Positions 9,369 through 17,840 of a stretch of DNA of 64,000 nt are shown here, piece after piece. The notes below the pieces were generated by a model that was given only the letters and a program-made list of their open reading frames with translations, ran no database searches and was not told the DNA's origin. The position numbers were made by a program, and so were the translations under genes. Numbering within the stretch: the stretch's first letter is position 1; each line of letters starts with the position of its first letter. Source of the DNA: an uncultured Rikenellaceae bacterium. Its GTDB lineage: Bacteria > Bacteroidota > Bacteroidia > Bacteroidales > VadinHA17. The stretch covers positions 6,816 to 70,815 of the forward strand of contig CAZMSH010000004.1 in NCBI GenBank assembly GCA_964568875.1. Direction: 5' to 3'.

Positions 9369-12131
9369 TTATTTGAACATTCTCTGCAACGGGCTGTTGG
9401 GTGATCTCATCAGTTCCCTGTCAAGTTCAACGATTTTGAACGGAGCGGGTGATGCAAGCAGTTCTGTGTTATCACCAACCTTTTTTTCGATTTTCACAAA
9501 GTATGTTCCCGGAGTTGCTATTCTTGCAGCTGCACGGAAATTCTGTCTTCCGCCTTCCTGCTGCTCCTGGCCTGGTGTCTGCGGAGGCTGAATTCTCATA
9601 TTCCATGCTAATGATCCTACACCTGCTTCAAACGGACGTTCGATAACGTTTACTATATCTCCGGCGGCATTCGTAATTGTGAATACCATAACCGCGTCAG
9701 CCGGCTCTGTTGTTTGTCTGCCTCTTCTTGCGGGAGCAGGAGGTTCTGCAATATGATACTTTATACTTACTTCCACTGACGGGTTGGGGGTTCTGAAGTA
9801 TGCCTCGCCCTGATATGAAAGATTCGATGCCATGCTGAACTGCCATGTATCCTTTATATTGAAGATATGTGCCGCCTTGGTCAGATTGCCGGGTGTAATC
9901 TCACGAAGATAACTGTAGTCATCCAATACATAGAATCCTCTTCCGAAGGTTGCAATTACAAGATCGTTTTCTCTCCTCTGGATGTCGAGTTCAGGGACCT
10001 GAATTGTTGGAAGACCATTTTTTAACTGTACCCATTTCTTTCCGCCATCTATGGTGACAAACACTCCGTATTCGGTTCCTACAAACAGAAGGTCGCTTGA
10101 TACATGGTCTTCGATAATGGTATATACCGATCCGAGAGGCAGATTTGATGATATTGAGGTCCATGTCTCACCCTTGTCAGTACTCTTTAGTATGTATGGT
10201 GTCCAGTTGCTGTTGTCTTTTCTGCCGTCAAAAGTAGCATAGACAGTGTTGACATCATGGATAGACGGCAATACACATGTTACCAGTGTCATGAACGGAA
10301 TGCCCGGGAAGTTGTCAAATTTCTTCCAGTTTTCACCGTCATCTTCTGTCAGCCATATCAGTCCGTCGTCGGTTCCGGCCCACAGCATTCCCTGCTTGTG
10401 CGGCGACTCCTTAAGCGACTTCATGTTCCCGAAAGGAGAGGTCGAAGAATGGAGCGCCACGGCTGTGTTCCTTTCCCATGTCTGACCCATCAGAGGCATG
10501 GTGTCAACATCAATTTGTCTTGTGAGGTCAGGACTGATAACTGTCCATGAATTACCCTGGTCGGTACTCTTCATGACTACCTGGGCACCTATATAAAGTG
10601 TTTTATTGTCGAAGTTGCTTATGAGGTAGGGAGTATCCCAGTGGAAACGCATTGACATACCCTGAGCTCTTGCCCTTATGCTTGTTGACCTTTGAAGCAG
10701 GTGATCATAACGGGCGTTTCCGCCGTTTTGTGACTCATGGTATGATATTGTTGGATCGACAGGGTCAGGTATTGAAAGGAAACCGTCACCACCCAGCACA
10801 TGACTCCAGTCGTCATTTGTAATGTACCGTCTGATTGTTCTCGCAGGCCCCACGTGTGAACCATTATCCTGTGTTCCGCCGTAGATCCTGTAGAACGGAT
10901 AGTTATTGTCGACCCTCACACGGTAGAACTGCATGATTGGGAGGTGAGGATGGAATTTCCATGTTGCACCGGCATCCCAGCTTTCGTAGAGGCCACCGTC
11001 GCAGCCTGCAAGATAATGGTTGTTATTGTTCGGATTGATCCACAGGGCATGGTTGTCGACATGCTTGTTGCGTTCTCCAATCTGCCTCCATGTAGCTCCT
11101 CCGTCGAGAGACCTCATGTTGCTGACATCGAGAGATATAACAAGGTTTTCGTCAACAGGATCGGTAATCAGTCTCTGGTAGTACTGCGGACTGCTTGAAC
11201 CCTGGTTGCTCATCTCCTCCCATGTTTCTCCCTTGTCTTTTGAGCGCAGGAATTTTGATCTTCCGGCTGAAGGAGGCAGCTCAACCATTGCATAGAGGAT
11301 GTCGGGATTGGCCTTTGAGAGCGCAATACCAATTCTTCCGATGTTACCTTCTGACGGGAATCCGTTGGTGATCTTTTTCCATGTTTTGCCCGCATCGGTC
11401 GATTTGTAAAGGCCTGATTCCGGTCCTCCGTTGATTTTAGAGTATACTCTTCTCTCACGCTGATGTGCCGAGGCGTAAAGGATATCCGGATTTCTTGGGT
11501 CCATCTCTACATCATTGATGCCGGTGTATTCACCGATAAACAGGATCTGTTCCCATGTTTTACCACCGTCGGTGGTTTTATAGAGACCGCGTTCTCCGCC
11601 CGGTCCCCACAGTGGACCATGAGCAGCTACATAAACCACATCGCTGTTGCGCGGGTCTATCTGTATCCTTCCGATATGGGCTGACTTTTTCAGACCCATG
11701 TTTTCCCAGGTCTTGCCTGCATCGGTGCTCTTGTATATGCCGTCACCAATACCTATGGCACGCTGGCTGTTGTTTTCTCCTGTACCCAGCCATACCACAT
11801 CGGTATTGTTGGGGTCAATAGTGACACATCCCATGGCGTAGACAGGTTTGTCGTCGAACAGGGGTGTGAAAGTGGTACCGGCGTTTGTTGTCTTCCATAA
11901 TCCGCCTGATGCAACCGCAATGTACCACTCTGAGAAATTGTCAGGGTTGACCGCTATATCAGCTATCCTGCCTGAATATGAGGCCGGACCGACAAGCCTG
12001 AAGTTAAGCGGACTCAACATCTCTGATGTCAGCGACATTTGTGGTGCTGCCTGTGCAGCCCTCTGGCTGAAAGCAGGAGCCGACAGCAGGATTGCCAGAA
12101 GCACAAGCACCGTAATTCTTAATGTTTTCAT
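9369..12131 (-). CDS. exported BNR/Sortilin-VPS10-type repeat protein (glycosyl-hydrolase-like beta-propeller)
   Basis: About 920 aa. Signal peptide starts at the ATG at 12131 (the ORF-track TTG at 12152 is less likely). Many S/TxDxGxTW BNR motifs (STDAGKTW, TTDGGKTW, SKDKGETW, STDKGETW, SLDGGATW). Confidence 0.75.
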   Translation of the reverse strand: MKTLRITVLVLLAILLSAPAFSQRAAQAAPQMSLTSEMLSPLNFRLVGPASYSGRIADIAVNPDNFSEWYIAVASGGLWKTTNAGTTFTPLFDDKPVYAMGCVTIDPNNTDVVWLGTGENNSQRAIGIGDGIYKSTDAGKTWENMGLKKSAHIGRIQIDPRNSDVVYVAAHGPLWGPGGERGLYKTTDGGKTWEQILFIGEYTGINDVEMDPRNPDILYASAHQRERRVYSKINGGPESGLYKSTDAGKTWKKITNGFPSEGNIGRIGIALSKANPDILYAMVELPPSAGRSKFLRSKDKGETWEEMSNQGSSSPQYYQRLITDPVDENLVISLDVSNMRSLDGGATWRQIGERNKHVDNHALWINPNNNNHYLAGCDGGLYESWDAGATWKFHPHLPIMQFYRVRVDNNYPFYRIYGGTQDNGSHVGPARTIRRYITNDDWSHVLGGDGFLSIPDPVDPTISYHESQNGGNARYDHLLQRSTSIRARAQGMSMRFHWDTPYLISNFDNKTLYIGAQVVMKSTDQGNSWTVISPDLTRQIDVDTMPLMGQTWERNTAVALHSSTSPFGNMKSLKESPHKQGMLWAGTDDGLIWLTEDDGENWKKFDNFPGIPFMTLVTCVLPSIHDVNTVYATFDGRKDNSNWTPYILKSTDKGETWTSISSNLPLGSVYTIIEDHVSSDLLFVGTEYGVFVTIDGGKKWVQLKNGLPTIQVPELDIQRRENDLVIATFGRGFYVLDDYSYLREITPGNLTKAAHIFNIKDTWQFSMASNLSYQGEAYFRTPNPSVEVSIKYHIAEPPAPARRGRQTTEPADAVMVFTITNAAGDIVNVIERPFEAGVGSLAWNMRIQPPQTPGQEQQEGGRQNFRAAARIATPGTYFVKIEKKVGDNTELLASPAPFKIVELDRELMRSPNSPLQRMFK

Positions 12132-12301
12132 AGAATCAAGTATTAGTTTCAAGGGTTAAATATTAGATAATTCTTCCCGGTAAATCTAAACATTTCTGAG
12201 AATCTGAACATCACCCGGCATATTGTTAAAAAACACATTTACAGCTGCTGAACTTTTTGCCTTATCAATTGTCTTATTTTTAACCAATAAAAGTCTTGGC
12301 C

Positions 12302-13231
12302 ATGAAGACATTAATATTAACCATAATAATTATAACATCAGCAGTTATGAAATCAGGATCATCAGATCAGCAGAGGCCTACATTCCGTCAGTTAACACCA
12401 GATGAGGCATTCGTTATTCTTCAGAAAGGAACAGAGAGGCCCTGGACGGGCAGGTATACAAACCATAAGGAGGCCGGAACTTATCTTTGTAAGCATTGCG
12501 GATCAGCACTCTACAAATCTGCCGATAAATTTGACTCCAACTGTGGCTGGCCATCTTTCGACGATGAGATTGAAAATGCTGTTATCAGGTATCCTGACGC
12601 TGACGGTGTAAGGACAGAGATAGTCTGTGCCAACTGTAAGGGCCATCTGGGTCATGTCTTTCAGGGTGAGGGGTTTACCTCGAAGAATATAAGACATTGC
12701 GTTAATTCCATATCTCTTGACTTTGTACCGGCAGAGCTGGAAAAAGGTGTTTATCATACTGCTATCTTTGCCGGAGGCTGTTTCTGGGGTGTTGAATACT
12801 ATCTACAGCAGGAGCCGGGCGTCTATGCAGTCATTTCGGGTTATATAGGCGGACATGTGAAGAATCCGTCCTATAAGGAAGTATGTACAGGAACCACGGG
12901 GCATGCGGAGGCTGTTAGGGTCATTTACGATCCGGAGAAAACCAGCTATGAAAAACTGGTAAAAATGTTCCTTGAGATCCATGATCCTACCCAGGTTGAC
13001 AGGCAGGGACCCGATATCGGTAACCAGTACCGCTCTGAAATATTTTACCTTAACCAGGAACAAAAAGTCATTGCTGCCAAATACCTCGATATACTCAGGG
13101 ACAAGGGGTATAAGGTTGCCACCAGACTGACCCAGGCATCGGAGTTTTATGATGCCGAAGATTATCATCAGGATTATTACTTCAACACCGGTAAGGAGCC
13201 TTATTGTCACGGGTATACGAAGAGGTTTTAG
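12302..13231 (+). CDS. msrAB: bifunctional methionine sulfoxide reductase B/A with N-terminal signal peptide
   Basis: MsrB half has two CxxC zinc pairs and RHCVNS. MsrA half has GGCFWGVE. ATG at 12302 is preferred over TTG at 12296. A hydrophobic N-terminal leader is present. Confidence 0.9.
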   Translation: MKTLILTIIIITSAVMKSGSSDQQRPTFRQLTPDEAFVILQKGTERPWTGRYTNHKEAGTYLCKHCGSALYKSADKFDSNCGWPSFDDEIENAVIRYPDADGVRTEIVCANCKGHLGHVFQGEGFTSKNIRHCVNSISLDFVPAELEKGVYHTAIFAGGCFWGVEYYLQQEPGVYAVISGYIGGHVKNPSYKEVCTGTTGHAEAVRVIYDPEKTSYEKLVKMFLEIHDPTQVDRQGPDIGNQYRSEIFYLNQEQKVIAAKYLDILRDKGYKVATRLTQASEFYDAEDYHQDYYFNTGKEPYCHGYTKRF

Positions 13232-13234
13232 GTA

Positions 13235-13306
13235 TCAGGTGTCGGGTGTGCTCCCATTCGGTCGCGAGCTCGCCCGGCAAGCCGGTCTCGGTTCAGGTGT
13301 CAGGTG
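13235..13306 (+). repeat. intergenic heptamer-flanked repeat element, copy A
   Basis: Reads TCAGGTG TCGGGTG, then core TGCTCCCATTCGGTCGCGAGCTCGCCCGGCAAGCCGGTCTCGG, then TCAGGTG TCAGGTG. Starts 4 nt after the msrBA stop. The core recurs at 14198 and, inverted, at 25612. Confidence 0.8.
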
Positions 13307-13378
13307 TCAATAGATGTTACAGGGCTCATAATTGCATTTGTTGTTGATAAGTGACTAAAACGGCTGTGGTGAATTTCG

Positions 13379-13386
13379 TATATTTG
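13379..13386 (+). promoter_or_regulatory. Bacteroidota -7 promoter box TATATTTG
   Basis: TAnnTTTG match 30 nt upstream of the ATG at 13416. It overlaps the GTG start proposed by the ORF track. Confidence 0.45.
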
Positions 13387-13415
13387 TGCCGTCAGAAATC
13401 AATCTGAAATTAATT

Positions 13416-14168
13416 ATGAAAGAGACTCTGTTGACACGTAAGACAATCAGAAAATATTCCGGACGTGAGGTTACCGATTCTGACCTCAACGATATACTTG
13501 AGGCGGCGATACGTACCTCAACTACCGGTAATATGCAGGTTTACAGCATTATAGTCACCCGCGATGCTGTTATGAAGGAGAAGCTTGCTCCTGCCCACTT
13601 TAACCAGAAAATGGTTACAGAGGCTCCTGTAATGCTAACCTTCTGTGCCGATTTCAACAGGTTTAACAAGTGGTGCCGGCAGAGAGATGCCGAACCGGGC
13701 TATGACAACTTCCTTTCATTTATGACGGCTGCAATAGACGCATTAATTGCTGCACAGACTGCCTGCATAGCAGCTGAGGAGAAGGGAATGGGTATCTGTT
13801 ACCTGGGCACCACAACATATATGGCAGGCATAATAATTGAACTTCTTGAACTTCCAACGGGAGTGGTTCCGGTAACCGCAATCACCCTTGGATGGCCGGC
13901 TGAAGATCCGCCTCAGGTTGACAGACTGCCCCTGAGTGCGGTTGTTCATACCGAAACATATCACGATTATTCAGCCGGGGACATTGACGAGCTTTATGCT
14001 GAGAAGGAGAAGCGTGAGGACTCTCTCCAGTTTATCGCAGAAAACAGCAAGAAAACCCTTGCCCAGGTATTCACTGATGTAAGGTATAAGAAGGCCGACA
14101 ATATACATTTCTCAAAAGCTTTCCTGGAGGTTCTTAAAAAGCAGGGATTTATGGAGCAGGATATCTGA
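13416..14168 (+). CDS. nitroreductase family oxidoreductase
   Basis: 250 aa from the ATG at 13416. RKTIRKY...TSTTGNMQ and GMGICYLG signatures of the FMN nitroreductase fold. Confidence 0.85.
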   Translation: MKETLLTRKTIRKYSGREVTDSDLNDILEAAIRTSTTGNMQVYSIIVTRDAVMKEKLAPAHFNQKMVTEAPVMLTFCADFNRFNKWCRQRDAEPGYDNFLSFMTAAIDALIAAQTACIAAEEKGMGICYLGTTTYMAGIIIELLELPTGVVPVTAITLGWPAEDPPQVDRLPLSAVVHTETYHDYSAGDIDELYAEKEKREDSLQFIAENSKKTLAQVFTDVRYKKADNIHFSKAFLEVLKKQGFMEQDI

Positions 14169-14170
14169 GA

Positions 14171-14222
14171 TCAGATATCAGATATCAGATATCAGATTGC
14201 TCCCGCTGGTCGCGAGCTCGCC
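14171..14222 (+). repeat. intergenic heptamer-flanked repeat element, copy B
   Basis: TCAGATA x3 plus TCAGATT, followed by core TGCTCCCGCTGGTCGCGAGCTCGCC. Starts 3 nt after the nitroreductase stop. Confidence 0.8.
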
Positions 14223-14307
14223 TACGGAATGGCGGCGACGCACCCCCCTCAATTGCCTCACAGGCGAATCGAAGCCTGGTCCCGTACCAATGGTCGGCAA
14301 TACGGGG

Positions 14308-15384
14308 TTAGTTAAAGTTAACTGACAGTGCGTCAGCGATTGCTTTCAGATCATCTCTTACAGCAGGCACCAGGGTGATTCCATGTTTTATGTTACGTTC
14401 CTCGGCTTCCCGTTCTATATCTCCCGGTATAAGAACCTTTTCCTGTCCCTCTGCCGGTTTGGCTGCACGGAATGTCTCTATCCACCTGTCCATTGCAGCC
14501 TTGAATTCAGATGCATCACGGAAGGCATCTATTCTCATGGCTCCGAAGAAATGTCCGGTTCCTTCACCGACCTTTTCTTCAAGGAGGGGCAGGTACGCCA
14601 CGCTGGGAGGCACAAAAGGTCCGAAATTGGCTCCGCTGAAAACTGCCGAGAAGATATCAACCATGGCTGAGAGGCAGTAGCCTTTATGACTCCCGTGCAG
14701 CCTGTCTCCTCCGAGGGTCAGCATAGACCCTCCTGATTTCAGGATAGAGGGATCATCACTGGGATACCCTTTGGAGTCCTGTACAAATCCTAAAGCTACC
14801 TTTTCTCCCTTCTTTTCTGCCACGGCCAGCTTACCCCTCGCGATGGGGGTGGTGGCGAAGTCAGCAACGAAAGGAGGCTGTCTGTCTGCCGGAACAGCTA
14901 CTGCAATGGGGTTGGTGCCCATCATCGGCGAGACCGAGAAGGTAGGGGCCACCAGCGGGTTGGCATTTGTAAGGCATATGCCAACCATATCGTTTTCCAG
15001 AGCCATCATTGCGTAATAACCTGCTATACCGTAATGATTTGAGTTTCGTGTGGCTACCCAGCCTGTTCCTGTCGAGGCAGCCTTTTCAATGGCCAGCTGC
15101 ATTGAGAACCGGGCCGGAACCATTCCTACAGCCATATCGCCGTCAACTACCGCTGTTGAGGGAGTCTCATGAACGACCCTGATACCGGGTTTGGTTTTTA
15201 TTCTTCCCTTCTGCCATAGCTGGTAGTAATCCTTCATCCTGATCATCCCGTGGGAAGGTATGTCTCTCAGTTCGGCAGCAAGGAATACATCGGCTATGGT
15301 AGTTGCATGGTCGCTGCTGCAACCCATCTTCATGAATACTTCGCGCGTAAAATCAAACAGGTACTGGTAGCTGTATTTTTCCAT
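14308..15384 (-). CDS. Ldh_2 family (malate/L-lactate/ureidoglycolate-type) NAD(P)H oxidoreductase
   Basis: 358 aa. The SHGMIRM...NSNHYGIAGYY...GTNPIAVAVP...GSHKGY motif series is typical of the Ldh_2 family. Confidence 0.85.
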   Translation of the reverse strand: MEKYSYQYLFDFTREVFMKMGCSSDHATTIADVFLAAELRDIPSHGMIRMKDYYQLWQKGRIKTKPGIRVVHETPSTAVVDGDMAVGMVPARFSMQLAIEKAASTGTGWVATRNSNHYGIAGYYAMMALENDMVGICLTNANPLVAPTFSVSPMMGTNPIAVAVPADRQPPFVADFATTPIARGKLAVAEKKGEKVALGFVQDSKGYPSDDPSILKSGGSMLTLGGDRLHGSHKGYCLSAMVDIFSAVFSGANFGPFVPPSVAYLPLLEEKVGEGTGHFFGAMRIDAFRDASEFKAAMDRWIETFRAAKPAEGQEKVLIPGDIEREAEERNIKHGITLVPAVRDDLKAIADALSVNFN

Positions 15385-15438
15385 GGCTTTTATCTGACTA
15401 TTTTTTTATTCGGTTTTACTCAATTTGTTATCGGCCAC

Positions 15439-15459
15439 CGCAACCCGCACCCCGCACCC
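15439..15459. repeat. tandem heptamer array (CGCAACC CGCACCC CGCACCC)
   Basis: Three 7-nt units abutting the SDR stop codon (15463-15465). On the gene's sense strand it reads GGGTGCG GGGTGCG GGTTGCG. It shares the GGGTG core with the other heptamer arrays. Confidence 0.6.
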
Positions 15460-15462
15460 CTC

Positions 15463-16230
15463 TCACCCCTTTACCTCCCTGTTCACAATTGTGGCAGATG
15501 CCTGGGCTGTGGGCATTACCAGTACGTCATTGATGTTCACGTGCGGAGGCAGGCTTGCACAATAGTATACTACATCTGCAATATCATCACCTGAGAGAGG
15601 TTTCATGCCTATGTAGGGTGTTTCAGCCTTTGCTGCATCTCCTTTGAAACGCACCGTAGAGAACTCGGTTTCAACCAATCCGGGAGCAACATTGGTAACC
15701 TTTATATTATGCTTCAAAAGGTCTATGCGCATAGATTTTGACAATGCATCAACGGCATGTTTAGTGGCACAGTAGACATTTCCGTTTTCATAAACCTCCT
15801 TACCGGCTATCGATCCTATATTAATAATATGTCCGTTGCCCCTGGCGATCATCAGCGGCACCACCGCCCTTGTGAGCCACAGTAATCCCTTTATATTGGT
15901 GTCGATCATTCTCTCCCAGTCATCGTGGTCTCCCTTGTCAATATGCTCAAGTCCGACGGCCAGACCGGCGTTGTTTACCAGCAGATCAATATTTCTCCAT
16001 TCCCCTGAAAGTGAAGCGACAGCCTTTTCCACCTCATCCCTGTTCCTGACATCGAACGGAAGCGACAGCACCCCTGTACCACCGGCCTCCAGCTCGCCCT
16101 GCAGTTCAGTGAGTCTTTCCGCACGCCTGCCGTTTATGATAACATTCCAGCCCTCAGAGGCGAACCTCAGCGCCGCAGCTCTTCCGATGCCTGAGGTGGC
16201 ACCTGAAACAAACAGAGTTTTCCTGGTCAT
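15463..16230 (-). CDS. short-chain dehydrogenase/reductase (YdfG-like, NADP-dependent)
   Basis: VSGATSGIGRA cofactor motif, NNAG, and the catalytic YCATKHAV (YxxxK). ATG at 16230 is preferred over the ORF-track start at 16284. Confidence 0.88.
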   Translation of the reverse strand: MTRKTLFVSGATSGIGRAAALRFASEGWNVIINGRRAERLTELQGELEAGGTGVLSLPFDVRNRDEVEKAVASLSGEWRNIDLLVNNAGLAVGLEHIDKGDHDDWERMIDTNIKGLLWLTRAVVPLMIARGNGHIINIGSIAGKEVYENGNVYCATKHAVDALSKSMRIDLLKHNIKVTNVAPGLVETEFSTVRFKGDAAKAETPYIGMKPLSGDDIADVVYYCASLPPHVNINDVLVMPTAQASATIVNREVKG

Positions 16231-16333
16231 ACACAAAAAGTTTTTTTCAGTCCAAAAATAACCAACTTCCCCTAATCTCGGCATAACTGTTACGTCTCAT
16301 TTTGTTTCAGAACCTATTTACCGTATAACTGCT

Positions 16334-16341
16334 TATATTTG
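16334..16341 (+). promoter_or_regulatory. Bacteroidota -7 promoter box TATATTTG
   Basis: TAnnTTTG match 22 nt upstream of the ubiE ATG. Confidence 0.45.
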
Positions 16342-16362
16342 TCGTCTTGATTTAACAACTGA

Positions 16363-17088
16363 ATGCAGACCGCCCGAAAGAGAGAAGAAATATCGGAAAT
16401 GTTCGACCGCATAGCGTGGCGGTACGATTTTCTCAATCATTTTCTTTCGCTGGGAACCGATATCTGGTGGAGAAGGAGAGCCGTTGCCGCGATAGGAAGA
16501 ATGAAGAAACCGGAGCGTATTCTCGATGTTGCAACAGGAACAGCCGACCTTGCCATAGCAGCCCTGAGGCTCGGGGAGGTTAAGGTTACAGGCGTTGACA
16601 TATCGCAGAAAATGCTGCTCGAGGGCAGAAAGAAGATAGAAAGGAAGGGACTCACAGACAGGATAGAACTTGTAGCAGCCGCCTCGGAAGAGCTACCCTT
16701 TCCCGATGCTACCTTTGACGTTGCCATGTCGGCATTCGGCGTGAGGAATTTTGCTGACACTGCCACCGGCCTTTCTGAGATGTACAGGGTACTCTCAGAT
16801 GGCGGAGTTATAATGGTTCTGGAGTTTTCAAAGCCTGCGAGGTTCCCGCTCAGACAGATTTACGGATTCTATTTCAAGAGGTTGCTGCCTCTGCTGGGAC
16901 GACTTTTCTCGCGTGACAGTTCGGCCTATACCTACCTTCCCGACTCTGTAGGTTCCTTCCCCGAAGGGGAGGCGTTCCTGAGCCTTCTCGGTGCAGCCGG
17001 CTTTGGTTCCACCGAAATGAAAAGACTCAGCGGTGGCATTGCAACGATATATACCGGCATTAAGGCAACAATTACAATAAACAGTTAA
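16363..17088 (+). CDS. ubiE: demethylmenaquinone / ubiquinone C-methyltransferase
   Basis: 241 aa. FDRIAWRYDFLNHxLSLGxDxWWR and the SAM motif VLDVATGTADLA. Confidence 0.9.
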   Translation: MQTARKREEISEMFDRIAWRYDFLNHFLSLGTDIWWRRRAVAAIGRMKKPERILDVATGTADLAIAALRLGEVKVTGVDISQKMLLEGRKKIERKGLTDRIELVAAASEELPFPDATFDVAMSAFGVRNFADTATGLSEMYRVLSDGGVIMVLEFSKPARFPLRQIYGFYFKRLLPLLGRLFSRDSSAYTYLPDSVGSFPEGEAFLSLLGAAGFGSTEMKRLSGGIATIYTGIKATITINS

Positions 17089-17123
17089 ATTTGAAGTTTA
17101 TTATTTTCAGGAAAAACTCTTAA

Positions 17124-17834
17124 ATGAGATCAGGATACAAGATATTTACGGCTATTCTTTTGCTGCTTCCGCTGGCGGCATATTCACAGAGACAGAAGGT
17201 GAAGAATGATTCGTGGTATGATGAAAAATTGTTTCACTTCGGATTTTGTGTCGGGTTCAATGCAATGGATTTCAGGGTAACGCCTTCACAGAGCGCCTTT
17301 GCTGCCGATTCGTTGTTTCCGGAGGTCACAAATCTCTATCCCGGGTTGAATATCCAGGTTGTAACAGATTACCACCCTGTGCCGTATCTCGATATCAGGT
17401 TTCTGCCAGGCGTTTCATTCGGTCAGAGGAAACTGATATTCTACAGGGATGGCACTGTTTACAATGACGGACAGAGTATTGAATCGTCGTTTCTGGAGTT
17501 TCCGCTGCTGGTAAAGTATAAGGGTACGAGGCTCAACAATGTGCGTCCGTATGTTGTGGGCGGACTCAATTACCGTCATGACCTGGCGGGCAAGAAGGAG
17601 TTTGACGAGGATAAGCCTGTTTACCTTCGCCTCAGGAGATCGGACCTTTACTACGAAGTGGGTGCCGGCTTTGACTTCTACCTTACATTTTTCAAGCTTA
17701 CCATAGAGGCCCGCATGTCGAACGGCCTGAGAAACGTGCTGGTAAATGATCCTGCACCCGGGCATCCTCAGTATGTGAATGCAATTGATAAGATAAGGTC
17801 CCAGATATGGGTTCTTGCATTCTATTTTGAGTGA
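17124..17834 (+). CDS. PorT/SprT-like outer-membrane beta-barrel protein (putative type IX secretion component)
   Basis: 236 aa. Signal peptide, KLFHFGFxVGxN motif, terminal aromatic residue. From memory, the ubiE-porT gene order is conserved in Bacteroidota. Confidence 0.55.
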   Translation: MRSGYKIFTAILLLLPLAAYSQRQKVKNDSWYDEKLFHFGFCVGFNAMDFRVTPSQSAFAADSLFPEVTNLYPGLNIQVVTDYHPVPYLDIRFLPGVSFGQRKLIFYRDGTVYNDGQSIESSFLEFPLLVKYKGTRLNNVRPYVVGGLNYRHDLAGKKEFDEDKPVYLRLRRSDLYYEVGAGFDFYLTFFKLTIEARMSNGLRNVLVNDPAPGHPQYVNAIDKIRSQIWVLAFYFE

Positions 17835-17840
17835 CACGAC

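Noticed and set aside
9286-9591. 101-aa + strand ORF downstream of the small-lipoprotein region.
   Set aside because: It spans the terminator hairpin and the 3' end of the BNR-repeat gene on the opposite strand. It has no promoter box and no motifs.
14171-14198. Tandem repeats here and at 25638-25712 as a possible CRISPR array.
   Set aside because: The units are 7 nt with no spacers, there are no cas genes, and the arrays are under 80 nt. They are better described as short tandem heptamer repeats.
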